Source: Acidobacteriota bacterium
Lineage (GTDB): Bacteria > Acidobacteriota > UBA890 > WLXD01
Assembly (NCBI GenBank): GCA_963666055.2
Contig: CAXWPH010000003.1
Location: 96,001-160,000 of the forward strand
Direction of reading: 5' to 3'
Length of the DNA stretch: 64,000 bases
Part shown: positions 54,009-63,892 of the stretch, piece by piece
Position numbering within the stretch: position 1 is the first letter of the stretch
Layout of the letters: the number at the start of each line of letters is the position of its first letter
Program-made: the position numbers and the translations under genes
Notes under the pieces: model-generated
What the model was told of the DNA's origin: nothing
Databases searched by the model: none
Seen by the model: the letters and a program-made list of their open reading frames with translations, nothing else

Positions 54009-55225
54009 GACGACGATGCGGCGGGCGTATTCGCGGCAGCTGCTTTCGTCAGCTCCGCCGCTTTCGGCGCCCATCCGAGCGCTAGCGCCTCGTTGGCGTC
54101 CAGGGCGAGGCGCAAGGCATCGATCTCGATGTGCTCGTTCACCGTGTGCGCCAGTAGCTCGTCGCCGGGTCCGAAGCCGATGCACGCCACGCCGGCTTGC
54201 GAGAAATGGCCGCCGTCGGTGGCGAAGCGCCACGTTCCGACCGAGTCGACGGGACCCAGCACTCCCTCGAGTGTCTGGCGGGCGGCGCGTACGACAGGAT
54301 GATCCTCCCCGAGGATATATGCCGGGTGCTCACCCCCCAGAACCATCTCGACGCCCGTGTGTGCCACCTGGGTGTGTTGCGGGATCGTGACGTCGGCTGT
54401 AGTGCCCTCGATCAAGCAGTTGGCGACCAGCTGTTCGAGCTTGGTGCGCGCCGAGTCGGCGGTTTCACCGGGTATCAGCCGCCAGTCGCAGGTGAGCCAG
54501 ATCTCGGCGGGGATCACGTTACTGCTGATCTGATCTGTACGGATCAACGTTGGCGCCACCGTGCTGCGGCCGAGATCTGGCTGCACGGCCATGTCCAGTG
54601 ATCCAAGCCCGGCGATGAAAGGCGCCAGCACCTCTAGGGGGTTGGCGCCCTCATGCGGCACGCTGGCGTGCGCCGAGTGTCCGGTGATGTGGACGATGAG
54701 CTCGCAGCGGCCGCGATGGCCTCGCCGTAGCGTATTGCCGCTCGGCTCGCCGATCACTGCCAGCGGTGGCGTCAAGTAAGTGTTCAGATGGCGTGCGCCG
54801 AGGCCTCCGACCTCCTCCTGCACGACCGCGGTCACCCAGATGTGGCCGGCCGGTGTCGTCCCCGACTCGAGCAGCCGCCCGACACCGTATACCTGTGCTG
54901 CCAGGGGACCCTTGATGTCGACAGCGCCGCGCCCCCAGATCCTGTCATCGTGGATCTCGGCGCCGAACGGAGAATGCGGCCAGCGTTCTGCCTCTCCGAC
55001 ATCGACGTGATCCAGGTGCGTATTGAACATGACGGTCGGATCGGCGCTCGATCCGGGCACCCGCCCTACGACGTTGCCAACCTCGTCCAGCTCGACGTCA
55101 GCGTAGCCCAGGGCTCGCATTTCGGTTGCGACCAGCTCGGCGATAGCGCTCTCCTCGCCAGGCAGGCTCGGAGTACGAATCAATCGCTGGGTGAAGTCGA
55201 CACAGCGCTGCAGGTCCGAGCTCAT
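54005..55225 (-). CDS. M20 family metallopeptidase/deacylase
   Basis: HLDHV, GRGAVDIKG, QEE, GEP, FATDG, AHTVNE. Confidence 0.9.
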   Translation of the reverse strand: MSSDLQRCVDFTQRLIRTPSLPGEESAIAELVATEMRALGYADVELDEVGNVVGRVPGSSADPTVMFNTHLDHVDVGEAERWPHSPFGAEIHDDRIWGRGAVDIKGPLAAQVYGVGRLLESGTTPAGHIWVTAVVQEEVGGLGARHLNTYLTPPLAVIGEPSGNTLRRGHRGRCELIVHITGHSAHASVPHEGANPLEVLAPFIAGLGSLDMAVQPDLGRSTVAPTLIRTDQISSNVIPAEIWLTCDWRLIPGETADSARTKLEQLVANCLIEGTTADVTIPQHTQVAHTGVEMVLGGEHPAYILGEDHPVVRAARQTLEGVLGPVDSVGTWRFATDGGHFSQAGVACIGFGPGDELLAHTVNEHIEIDALRLALDANEALALGWAPKAAELTKAAAANTPAASSS

Positions 55226-55259
55226 GGCGATTTCCCGGCGCCGCGCGCCGCGTCGATGC

Positions 55260-56024
55260 TCACCGGTCGCGGCTCAGCCGCTCGATCGATCGCAGCGTAT
55301 CGGTGCCGACCAGCTCGTCATTGTCGTTTCGATACCAGGAGCGCACTTTCGGAAGACGCATTCCATCGCCCTCGGTGATGCGATCCAGGATGATGTACTC
55401 GCCGTCGTTGGCGGATTCGTCGTGGTAGAAGCGGTAGCCAACGAGCGCGAACGACCAAGGGTCGATGTAGAAGTACCAGGTATCGGTGCCGATCTCGGGG
55501 TCGTAGGTTACCCGCACCTGCCACACGTCTCGTCCCTGGAACTCGATTCGGATGGCCTCCGGATCGACGATCGCCCCGCGGTCGCGGAGTTTCATCGGCA
55601 ACCCGTAGAGGAAGGTGTGGTAGTCGCGTTGTCCGCGCATTTGCTCGCAGCTCAAGCGGTATCGCTCCGCTTGCTCCGGGCTGAATTCCGACGAGCCGTC
55701 GAGCTTGGTCCAGCATTCGTCTCCGCTGACCGCGGTCTCGATGAGCAGGCCGAAGCGGTCGCGTGCCATGGTGAATCGCCCGGCGGCGTTGTCGATGACG
55801 ATCTCGGTCAGGGTCGGCCCGGCGATCGGACGCGTGCCGGCGAGCTGCAGCCGGAAGGCGTTCCAAGACCACAGACCCTGGGGATCGTGATAGTCGATGC
55901 TGTGCTGCAGGATGTCCACCGCTGGCGGCATCTGGGCGTTCGCGGGTCCTGCAAGTCCGGCGACGAGCAGGACAATCGCGGACGATGCGCGGCGGCTCAA
56001 GGTCGGTGTTTGCGGGGTGCTCAT
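55260..56024 (-). CDS. Exported DUF6503-like protein
   Basis: SIDYHDPQGLW, YHTFLYGLPMKL, VTYDPEIGTDTWYFY, GEYI, PKVRSWY. Confidence 0.65.
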   Translation of the reverse strand: MSTPQTPTLSRRASSAIVLLVAGLAGPANAQMPPAVDILQHSIDYHDPQGLWSWNAFRLQLAGTRPIAGPTLTEIVIDNAAGRFTMARDRFGLLIETAVSGDECWTKLDGSSEFSPEQAERYRLSCEQMRGQRDYHTFLYGLPMKLRDRGAIVDPEAIRIEFQGRDVWQVRVTYDPEIGTDTWYFYIDPWSFALVGYRFYHDESANDGEYIILDRITEGDGMRLPKVRSWYRNDNDELVGTDTLRSIERLSRDR

Positions 56025-56034
56025 GATGTTGCCC

Positions 56035-56296
56035 TCGAGCTGTCGGGAGCGACCGTGACGAGTGACGAACTCCCGTCACCCTAAGCTGTTGACGATGCCG
56101 CGGCTCCCCGAAAGTTAACAGAGACCAGTAAATACGGTCTGTTTTCGGGGGTCTATACCCACGAAAAGCGACAGTTCTGGCCACCAACTCAGCCGCAACG
56201 TGCCCACCCGGGAGTAAGCTCCCGCGCATTAAGCTCACTCCGGCCACCCAGATAGCCCACCTCGACGGCATCTGGATCGAGACCTCCTTCAGCCCC
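56035..56296 (-). ncRNA. Possible degenerate tmRNA-like (tRNA-like domain) element
   Basis: 5' GGGGCTGA-N4-GG-N2-TCGA and 3' GAC-GGGAG-TTCG..CTCCC..CAGCTC. No CCA and no tag ORF found. Confidence 0.2.
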
Positions 56297-56450
56297 ATTC
56301 ACGCCCTCGTGCCTTCCTCTGATCGCAACCCACCGTGAAGCAAGGCCTGCTCGGCGCAGGGCGGCCCGCTGCGGCGGCGGTGTGCGTTCTTGTGGCCGGC
56401 GTCAACGCGGACTACCTTGGCAGCATCTGCCAATTATCCGTGAGATGACG

Positions 56451-57131
56451 ATGAGCGAACATGACTTCTTGCGCCGCGCGTTCGAGGAACGCGCCACCGC
56501 GATTCTGCGCACCGATGATCAACAGACGGCTGCCCTTGCCATGGAGGCTGCAGTCCGTGGTGGCTTCCGCATCATCGAATTCACCCTCGGCTGTCCGGGG
56601 GCCTATGAGCTCATCGAGGACTTCGCGCGCCGCGATGACTTGCTCGTCGGTGTGGGCACGGTTCTCGAGCCTGAGCAGGCTCGCCGCGCTGTCGAGGCGG
56701 GCGCCTCGTTCGTGGTGTCGCCGGCAACCGACGAAGCAGTGATCCGCACCGCGCTCGAGCTCGGTGCGGTGGCCATGCCCGGCGCCTATACCGCCACCGA
56801 GATGGTTCTGGCGCAGCGCGCCGGAGCGCAGCTTCAGAAGCTGTTTCCGGCGCCGGTGAACGGTCCGGAATACGCGCGCATGTTGCTCGGTCCGCTGCCC
56901 GGGCTCCGCCTGGTGCCGACGAGCGGCGTAACGCCCGACAATGTAGGGGAGTGGTTCGCTGCCGGGGTCTTCGGGGTCGGGTGGGTCGCTAGCCTGTTCG
57001 ACGCAGAGGACCTGCGAGCCGGGCGCTTCGATCGCATCGAAGAACGCGCCAGGCAATGCCTCGCGGCAACCCGCGCGGCGACGCGGCCGCAACGCGATTG
57101 GGGCCTGGCGACCGCCGCGGCGATGGTCTGA
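56451..57131 (+). CDS. eda: KDPG/KHG aldolase
   Basis: AILR, IIEFTL, VGVGTV, FVVSP, KLFPA, PTSGV. Confidence 0.85.
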   Translation: MSEHDFLRRAFEERATAILRTDDQQTAALAMEAAVRGGFRIIEFTLGCPGAYELIEDFARRDDLLVGVGTVLEPEQARRAVEAGASFVVSPATDEAVIRTALELGAVAMPGAYTATEMVLAQRAGAQLQKLFPAPVNGPEYARMLLGPLPGLRLVPTSGVTPDNVGEWFAAGVFGVGWVASLFDAEDLRAGRFDRIEERARQCLAATRAATRPQRDWGLATAAAMV

Positions 57132-58042
57132 TGACGAGCGCTCGATCTGTCATGCTCGTTGCCAGCCTGGTGCTGGCGGCGTGCGGAACAGGATCGGTCG
57201 AAGATCTGCCGTATGACGCCGACGCGCATCGCGAAGCGGTGGAGTCGTGGCGACAATGGCGCCACGATCAGCTGACGCGACCCGACGGCTGGTTATCGCT
57301 TGTCGGCCTCTACTGGCTGGAGCCCGGCGACAACTGGCTCGGCTCCGCCGACGACAACAGGCTGGTTTACAGCCGCGCCGGCGTTCCGCAACGTCTCGGT
57401 GTGTTCCGCGTCGAGGGCGATTCGGTGATGTTCATCGCCGCTGAGGGTGTCTCACCCACCGTCGACGATGAGCCGGTGGAGTCGGTCCTGGCCCACGACG
57501 GCGGTGAGGGCTCCGGGCCGGTGATCGCCTGGGACACGCTGCGCTGGAACGTGATGGTCCGCCAAGGCCAGTTCGCGGTACGGCTGAAGGACGCAAGCAG
57601 CGTTGTGCTGACCAGCTTCGAGTCGATCGACAACTTCCAGCTTGCTGCCGAGTGGCATCGATCGGGCCGTTACGTGGGCTACGACCCAGCGAAGATCATC
57701 AAGGTTCCGAACGTGCTCGGTACCGTTGCCGACGTCGAGTCGCCGGGTGCGGCCGTCTTTGAAATCGACGGTAAGACGTACCGGCTCGACCTCTGGAAGG
57801 ACTCGGACGACTCGGTGAATTTTTTCACCGCTTTCGGCGACCTGAGCAACAACGATTCGACCTATGGAGCCGGTCGGTTCCTTTGGATCGATGCGCCAGA
57901 CGACCAGGGCCGTGTGGTGGTTGACTTCAACCGCTCCTACAACCCGCCCTGTGCGTTCACCGCCTTCGCCACCTGCCCCTTACCACCGCAGCAGAATCGC
58001 CTGCCACTGCGCATCGAAGCCGGCGAAAAAACCTTCAAGTAG
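57131..58042 (+). CDS. DUF1684 lipoprotein
   Basis: Lipobox LAAC, GWLSLVGLYWL, TYGAGRFL, DFNRSYNPPCAF...CPLPP, IEAGEK. Confidence 0.85.
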   Translation: MTSARSVMLVASLVLAACGTGSVEDLPYDADAHREAVESWRQWRHDQLTRPDGWLSLVGLYWLEPGDNWLGSADDNRLVYSRAGVPQRLGVFRVEGDSVMFIAAEGVSPTVDDEPVESVLAHDGGEGSGPVIAWDTLRWNVMVRQGQFAVRLKDASSVVLTSFESIDNFQLAAEWHRSGRYVGYDPAKIIKVPNVLGTVADVESPGAAVFEIDGKTYRLDLWKDSDDSVNFFTAFGDLSNNDSTYGAGRFLWIDAPDDQGRVVVDFNRSYNPPCAFTAFATCPLPPQQNRLPLRIEAGEKTFK

Positions 58043-59099
58043 CTGGTACGTGGGCCGGTTCGGTGGTGTCTGCGCGTTCGGAATCGAGCGTCTCCGCGAT
58101 TCTGTAGGGCCTCTGGCCGACCGCCTCGTAGTAGGTGCGCATCGCCATCTCTGCCAGCAGGCCGGTACTGATGATCTGGATGCCGATGAGCACCAGCCCG
58201 AAGGCGACGATAAGCAGGGGACGGTTAGCGATGGGTTCGAACACCACGAAGCGCACGTACGCGAGGTAGGTCAGCAGCGCTGTGCCGGCGAGTGTCAGGC
58301 TGCCACCCAAGGCACCGAAGAACAGGAACGGGCGCGTCGCATAGCCGAGCAAGAAACGCACCAGCAGGATGTCGAGCACCACCTTGAACACGCGAAGCAG
58401 CCCATATTTCGTGGTTCCGGCGACGCGCTCCCGGTCGTTGACGGGGATCTCGGTGATGCGCGTTCCTTGCCAGCTGGCGATCGCCGGGATGAAGCGGTGC
58501 AGCTCTCCATAGAGCTTGACGTTGCGCAGGATCTCGCGCCGATAGCCTTTCAGCGAGCAGCCGTAGTCGTGCAACGACACCCCGGTCGTCCGAGAGATGA
58601 TGCGATTGGCGATCATCGAGGGCAGACGTCGGGTCAGGAATGGCTCCTTACGCTTCAGCCGCCAGCCGCTGACGATATCGAAGCCCTCATCGATCTTGGC
58701 CAGCACCATCGGGATGTCGGCCGGGTCGTTCTGTAAATCGCCGTCCATCGTCACCACGACATCACCGCGAGCCGCCTCAAAGCCGGCCGAGAAGCCCGCC
58801 GTCTGGCCGAAGTTCCTCCGTAGCCGGATGATGCGCCAGCGATCATCGCGTCGATGCACGTCGCGTAGCTTCTCGAACGTGCCGTCGCTGCTGCCGTCGT
58901 CGACGATTACTACCTCGTAGGGACGCCCCAGATGCTCCAGTGCGCTGGTAATCTGTTCGTAGAGAGGTTCGACATTGTCTGCCTCGTTGAACATCGGGAC
59001 CACTACCGAGAGGTCAACGGCAGGGCGCGATCCGGGTCGCGTCTCGGTGGCAAGGACTGCGGAGGAGCCGGAGGCGGCCGGTTCAGATACTCCGGTCAC
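58035..59099 (-). CDS. GT2 polyprenyl-phosphate glycosyltransferase (ArnC/GtrB-like)
   Basis: SVVVPMFNE, DDGSSD, RNFGQ, MDGDLQNDP, HRFIP; two C-terminal TM helices. Confidence 0.9.
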   Translation of the reverse strand: MTGVSEPAASGSSAVLATETRPGSRPAVDLSVVVPMFNEADNVEPLYEQITSALEHLGRPYEVVIVDDGSSDGTFEKLRDVHRRDDRWRIIRLRRNFGQTAGFSAGFEAARGDVVVTMDGDLQNDPADIPMVLAKIDEGFDIVSGWRLKRKEPFLTRRLPSMIANRIISRTTGVSLHDYGCSLKGYRREILRNVKLYGELHRFIPAIASWQGTRITEIPVNDRERVAGTTKYGLLRVFKVVLDILLVRFLLGYATRPFLFFGALGGSLTLAGTALLTYLAYVRFVVFEPIANRPLLIVAFGLVLIGIQIISTGLLAEMAMRTYYEAVGQRPYRIAETLDSERADTTEPAHVPAT

Positions 59100-59308
59100 A
59101 GCCGCTCTCCGCGGCGGAGCTTTTCGAGCGCTTTGTCGAGCCGCCGCTGACGCGTATCTTCGCGCTTGGCATCGGCGATCCAGCGGGCGTACTCCAGCAC
59201 CCTTACCTGGCCGCGGGTCCCGTATGTCTCTTGTACCGAGAACGGAATCTCTACGAGGGCGCCGCCGCCGCGGCCCTCTGTGATGACGGCGTCGAACTCG
59301 TGGGTCAC
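59096..59308 (-). pseudogene. DUF1905/YdeI-OmdA family protein with an in-frame internal deletion
   Basis: The N-terminus GGGALVEIPFSVQETYGTRGQVRV joins directly to the C-terminus LEYARWIADAKREDTRQRR; 70 aa in total. Confidence 0.65.
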
Positions 59309-60558
59309 TCGACCTTCCAGATGGCAATGCCGCCGGCCTGTTTGCCGATGTCGATGTTGCCGACGCGCTGCGCCGTGTGCAGATCGTAGGCTTCGACCGA
59401 CCCCGGCTCGCCGCCGATACCCTCGATGGTCACGAACGCGTAACGGCCGTCGGGCGAACAAACAACGCCGTGTGGGAGTGGCCGCAGGGTGTCGATCCTG
59501 GCCACCTCCTCACCGAGCTCGAGATTCCAGATGCCAACCGACTTGCTGCTCTTGTAGGTGACCACGAGCAACTTGCCGTCTGGCGTAACGTCGAGGTTGT
59601 AGGGTCCGGCAGCGGTGCTGAACGTGCGCTCGACCTTCCAGTCCTCGATGTCCACCTCGAGCAGGCGAGCCGACCCGTTGCCGGCGACATATACCTTCCC
59701 CTGAGGGGTGACGGGCGACACCCAGGTGGGCTTGACGAGGGGAGGCTTCATCGCCATGTCCTCGTCGCGGCTCATGTCGCTCATGCTCTCTGCGCCCCCG
59801 GGCTCCTCTGCGAGACCGTTGCCGGTCCGCTGATAACGCTCCCAGGACGGGGCGTTCTCCGACAGCGGAAGGATGCGGCGATTGCGCAGCTGGTAGGCGT
59901 CGATCTCGCGCAGCTCATCGTTCATCATCGAGACGCTGTATTGACGACTGCCGGCCGCGTTCATGCGCGAGCCATGCGGCATGACGCCGGTGGGAATCTG
60001 CGCCACCTCGGTCATCGACTCGGTCTCGACCACCGAGACTGTGCTGGGCACGTGGTCGCCGTGGAGGTTGAAATTCACGGCGAACAACAGTCCGGTGCTC
60101 GGCGAGATCACCGCCGAAGCAGGGAACAGCCCCAGGGTCACGTCGCCGACGTACTCGTCGGTCTCGGTGTCGTACTTGAACAGGATCCCGAACGGGTTGC
60201 CGTGGGCGACGGTGACGTACCAATAGCGGCCGTCGGGCGAGATCGTCATGCCATGTGGGCCTTCGGTCTCCGTAGGCCATATACCCACCGGAATGCTGCG
60301 GATGAGTCGGAAACCCTCCGGGCCGAAGGCGATCTTCTCGACGATGTCGTCAGATTCGGCGGCGACGTATAGGTAGTAGGTGTCTTCGGGTGCGGCGGCG
60401 CCAGGGGCCGGGTTCAGCACCGTGAGCGCCGTCACCAGCAATAGCGTCAGGATCCCGAACCCTGCCACCGGGACTCCTAGCCGAGGCAGGTGCCGCACCG
60501 CTCGCCGTGCTCTCGGCCGGGATCCCGCCTGCTTCATCCTGCGTCGCTCATCTGCCAC
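59305..60558 (-). CDS. YncE/YVTN-type exported beta-propeller
   Basis: Repeats GPHGMTISPDG, MPHGSRM, GPYNLDVTPDG, LPHGVVCSPDG. Confidence 0.8.
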   Translation of the reverse strand: MADERRRMKQAGSRPRARRAVRHLPRLGVPVAGFGILTLLLVTALTVLNPAPGAAAPEDTYYLYVAAESDDIVEKIAFGPEGFRLIRSIPVGIWPTETEGPHGMTISPDGRYWYVTVAHGNPFGILFKYDTETDEYVGDVTLGLFPASAVISPSTGLLFAVNFNLHGDHVPSTVSVVETESMTEVAQIPTGVMPHGSRMNAAGSRQYSVSMMNDELREIDAYQLRNRRILPLSENAPSWERYQRTGNGLAEEPGGAESMSDMSRDEDMAMKPPLVKPTWVSPVTPQGKVYVAGNGSARLLEVDIEDWKVERTFSTAAGPYNLDVTPDGKLLVVTYKSSKSVGIWNLELGEEVARIDTLRPLPHGVVCSPDGRYAFVTIEGIGGEPGSVEAYDLHTAQRVGNIDIGKQAGGIAIWKVE

Positions 60559-62650
60559 CGGTATTCGCTTCCTCGTCGTCGCGTGGCTTCAGTCGCACCG
60601 CCCAAAGACCGGAGTTGTAGTCGGAGAAGAAGATATTGCCCTTGTAGGGTTGCGGCGCCCATGTGAACGGCGCGTTGGGCACATGGCCCTCCGGGTCGAA
60701 CGGCAAGAAGTAGGCGATCTCGCGCCCCTGCCGGTAGAGATCGCCGAGTAGCTCGCCCGATATGTCGACAACGCGGAGCCCGCCCTGATAGTAAGCCACG
60801 TAAAGGATCTCGTTGTCCTCATCCACCCAGAGGTTGTGGGCGCCAGCCTCGGGTACCTCGTAACGGGCAACCTCCTCAGGCTTGTCCCAGTCGTCCCACT
60901 CGAAGATGTGGATCCAACCCTGCATCCGCTGAGGCTCACCTGCATAGCCCGGTGTGCCTCCGCGCAGGCCGGCCTCGTCGCCGCCGATCATGTAGAAGCT
61001 GCCCGTGGACTTGGAGCGGAACGGGAACGCAGCGTGGTTCCAGCCGCTCGGATAGGGCGTGTTGCCAAGAAACACCGGGTTGTTCGGTGAGCCACCCTTG
61101 CCGCCACCGCCTACATCGACCGCTACCACACCGTCGATCCAGTTTGACGAGTAGGCGATGCCGTCGGTCACCCAGACGTCATGGATCGAGTGTCCAGGTG
61201 TGTCCATTTCGAAGGAGCTCACCCGGTGTGGCTTGGTGGGGTCCTCGATGCTGATGATGTCGTAGCGTTGGCCGGCGCTCAGCGCGTACACGTGTTCTTC
61301 GTAGACGAAGACGTTGTGCACGCCCCCGGTCAACTGCTCGTCGTAGCGAGACAGCACCTGCGCGCCCTGATCGTACAGGTCCGATACGTCGAGGATGAGC
61401 AGGCCGTTGCGGCGGTTCGAGGCTCCCTCGCGGCTGATTACCGCGATGCGGCCGTCTTCCGACACCTTGACGTCGTTGACCGTGCGCGCATCGACCTTGA
61501 TGGTGTCGATGAGCTGCATGTTGGCGGGCTCGGTAACGTCCCAAAAGTACGCATGTCCATCGGCGCTATGGGTGCCGGTTACGGCGTAGTCACGCCCGTC
61601 CGGCCCCTCCCAGACCCAGAGGTCGGAGGTGGCCCGGTCGCTGACGCGCCCTTGCCCGAGGACCTCGATCTCGCGCCTGATGTCGCGCGGCCTGATGGCG
61701 ACCGTGACCGAGGCGGTGTGCGTGCCGCTGGCCGCGACGATGGTGTACTCGCCCGGCAGATCAGCCACGAAACGGCCGTCCTGCGTGACCAGGCCGGAGC
61801 CCGGGTCGCCGATGCCGTACTCGACGTTTCGGGACTGGAAAGCGTACTGGACGGGCAACCCGGGGATGTCGTTTCCGGCGCTGTCGCGCGGTAGCGCGGT
61901 GAAGTGAATTACATCGCCAGTACGCGCATCCAGCAGGCTTGCCTGCAGCTGCAACGATGCGGTGTTGTTCTCGTTCACCCGTGCCGCGAGGTCGGCGCTG
62001 ACGTTGTCGGCGGTGACCGTAAAGGTCACGCTGCCCGGTGTCTTGAGCGTGACCGTACCCAGCGCGTTGATCTCGGCGATGCTCGGATCGCTGCTCGTGA
62101 AACGAAGTGCGACGTCGCTACGCTCGGCTCCGGAGGCGTCGGTAAGGCGCGTTTCCAGGCGTAACCGCGTCTCTGCGTAGAAGTTCTCCGGTGGCTCGAC
62201 GAACTCCACCGTCGCAAGCGGTGGATTGGGAATCGTCACCCGAATCGTGGCGCGCACCGTGTCGGAGAGGTTTCGACGGCTGAATGCCACGCCCGGCTTC
62301 GGTACCAGGGCGACGACATCGAAGGTCCCCGGGCGGTAGGCCTCGAGCTCCCCGGTTCCACTCACGCCAAGGTTGCGGCGTGCCCTGGAGAAGTAGATGA
62401 CCGGCGCTTCGATGACGTTTCCAGCCGCGTCTGTCACCGTCGCCGAAAGCTGCAGCTTCTGTCCCACCTCGAGGGTGAGGGACGATGGCTCGACGGCGAT
62501 CTCGGCGGCCTCTGCCGGCTCCTCTGCCGGCTCCTGTGCCGGAAGGTCGGCGGGGAGGACGGCGGTGAGCGCCAGGACCAACAAGCTCATAGGGATCCAT
62601 CGCTGCATTGCTAACCTCGAGTTTGACGCGAACACATCGCGGAACCGCAT
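60548..62650 (-). CDS. Exported protein with Ig-like (Big_2) domains and an LVIVD-repeat beta-propeller
   Basis: Signal peptide; FTSSDPSIAEINALG; repeats GLLILDVSD, GVVAVDV, GLRVVDIS. Start uncertain (62650 or 62608). Confidence 0.75.
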   Translation of the reverse strand: MRFRDVFASNSRLAMQRWIPMSLLVLALTAVLPADLPAQEPAEEPAEAAEIAVEPSSLTLEVGQKLQLSATVTDAAGNVIEAPVIYFSRARRNLGVSGTGELEAYRPGTFDVVALVPKPGVAFSRRNLSDTVRATIRVTIPNPPLATVEFVEPPENFYAETRLRLETRLTDASGAERSDVALRFTSSDPSIAEINALGTVTLKTPGSVTFTVTADNVSADLAARVNENNTASLQLQASLLDARTGDVIHFTALPRDSAGNDIPGLPVQYAFQSRNVEYGIGDPGSGLVTQDGRFVADLPGEYTIVAASGTHTASVTVAIRPRDIRREIEVLGQGRVSDRATSDLWVWEGPDGRDYAVTGTHSADGHAYFWDVTEPANMQLIDTIKVDARTVNDVKVSEDGRIAVISREGASNRRNGLLILDVSDLYDQGAQVLSRYDEQLTGGVHNVFVYEEHVYALSAGQRYDIISIEDPTKPHRVSSFEMDTPGHSIHDVWVTDGIAYSSNWIDGVVAVDVGGGGKGGSPNNPVFLGNTPYPSGWNHAAFPFRSKSTGSFYMIGGDEAGLRGGTPGYAGEPQRMQGWIHIFEWDDWDKPEEVARYEVPEAGAHNLWVDEDNEILYVAYYQGGLRVVDISGELLGDLYRQGREIAYFLPFDPEGHVPNAPFTWAPQPYKGNIFFSDYNSGLWAVRLKPRDDEEANTGGR

Positions 62651-62974
62651 GGGCGCATCGCCCGAAGGCGGCACCGTGAAAGGGCAGTATGGAATCCTAA
62701 GCTTGCCACCGGCGGTGGGCGGGCTCAAATGGCCGGCGGCCCGCTGACAACTTGGGGGGAAACGTATGAACAGGAATACGGCTTGTTCTTCCGAATTTGG
62801 GCGCCTCGAGAGGAGCGTGGATGGCTCCCTGTCGAGGGTCGCTGAGGGAGCCATGAGACATGGTAGCGTGAGACGCGACCGGTTCAGGCTAGGATCGCGC
62901 CTGCGATGCAACGGGCCGTCCTGCCGTTACGATTGCTAGACAAGACCTGTCACAGGCGACTTCACGGAGATCTG

Positions 62975-63340
62975 ATGCCGACGCACATCATGGCGCCCAG
63001 CCGCCCGCCGGCGGCAGGGAACCTTCCGAAGCTAATCGAGGAGTACGTTGGGCGCGTGAACACGGGCTCGGAGCAGGTGAGTCTTGCCCACATGCACAGC
63101 CCTGGCGGCTGGCAGGAGCCGGGTCAGACGCCAGAGTTCGACGAGTACACGCTCGTGCTGGCGGGGACGTTGCACGTCGAGCATGCTGACGGCAGCTTCG
63201 ACGTCGCCGTCGGCCAAGCGGTGCACGCACGGAAGGGAGAATGGGTGCGCTACAGTACGCTCGGCGCTGACGGGGCAGAGTATGTGGCGATATGCACGCC
63301 GGCCTTCTCGCCGCATACCGTGCATCGGGACGATGCCTAG
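62975..63340 (+). CDS. Cupin-domain protein
   Basis: IEEYVGR, GWQEPGQTPEFDEYTLVL, GEWVRYST, PAFSP. Confidence 0.85.
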   Translation: MPTHIMAPSRPPAAGNLPKLIEEYVGRVNTGSEQVSLAHMHSPGGWQEPGQTPEFDEYTLVLAGTLHVEHADGSFDVAVGQAVHARKGEWVRYSTLGADGAEYVAICTPAFSPHTVHRDDA

Positions 63341-63539
63341 CAGGCCGTGGTGGAAGGGTAGCGGGCCTGGCGACAGGGTCTTGGGAGGCGGAGGCATGGA
63401 GAAGGCGATGGTTACCCTATCTTTGACGAGGAACGACACAGCATACGTGCGCCACCCGCTTTTCGCCCGGAGGGCTGCCTTGCACCTGACGCCAACTCGC
63501 TGTAACCAGGCCCACCGCACTTCCACCACGGCTTGCTAG
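63337..63539 (+). mobile_element. Complete ~200-bp MITE with TIRs and CTAG at both ends
   Basis: CTAG-CAGGCCGTGGTGGAAG ... CTTCCACCACGGCTTG-CTAG. The left part matches unit A and the right part matches unit B. Confidence 0.88.
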
Positions 63540-63892
63540 TGACTCCAGCAGCGATCAAGCCAAGTATTTCCCATGCTGACTTCGAGAAGCTGGACGTGCG
63601 CGTCGGAACCATCCTGAAGGTCGAGGAGATTTCGGGGGCCGACAAGCTCATGAAGCTCACCGTTGACCTTGGCGACATGACACGCACCGTGCTGGCCGGG
63701 ATCAAGGGCGAGCGTGATGATCCGCTGCAGATCGAGGGCAAGCAGGCGCTCTTCGTAGTCAACTTGGAGCCGCGGCGCATGATGGGGCAGGTTTCCGAGG
63801 GCATGCTGTTCGACCTCGGCTACGCCGACGGAATCGCCGCGTGTTTGGCAATCCCGGAACATCCGGTTCCGAATGGAACGAGGGCTGGATGA
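63539..63892 (+). CDS. tRNA-binding OB-fold protein (CsaA/Trbp111/MetRS C-terminal-like)
   Basis: DFEKLDVRVG, KLMKLTVDLG, FVVNLEPRRMMG..SEGML. Confidence 0.85.
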   Translation: MTPAAIKPSISHADFEKLDVRVGTILKVEEISGADKLMKLTVDLGDMTRTVLAGIKGERDDPLQIEGKQALFVVNLEPRRMMGQVSEGMLFDLGYADGIAACLAIPEHPVPNGTRAG

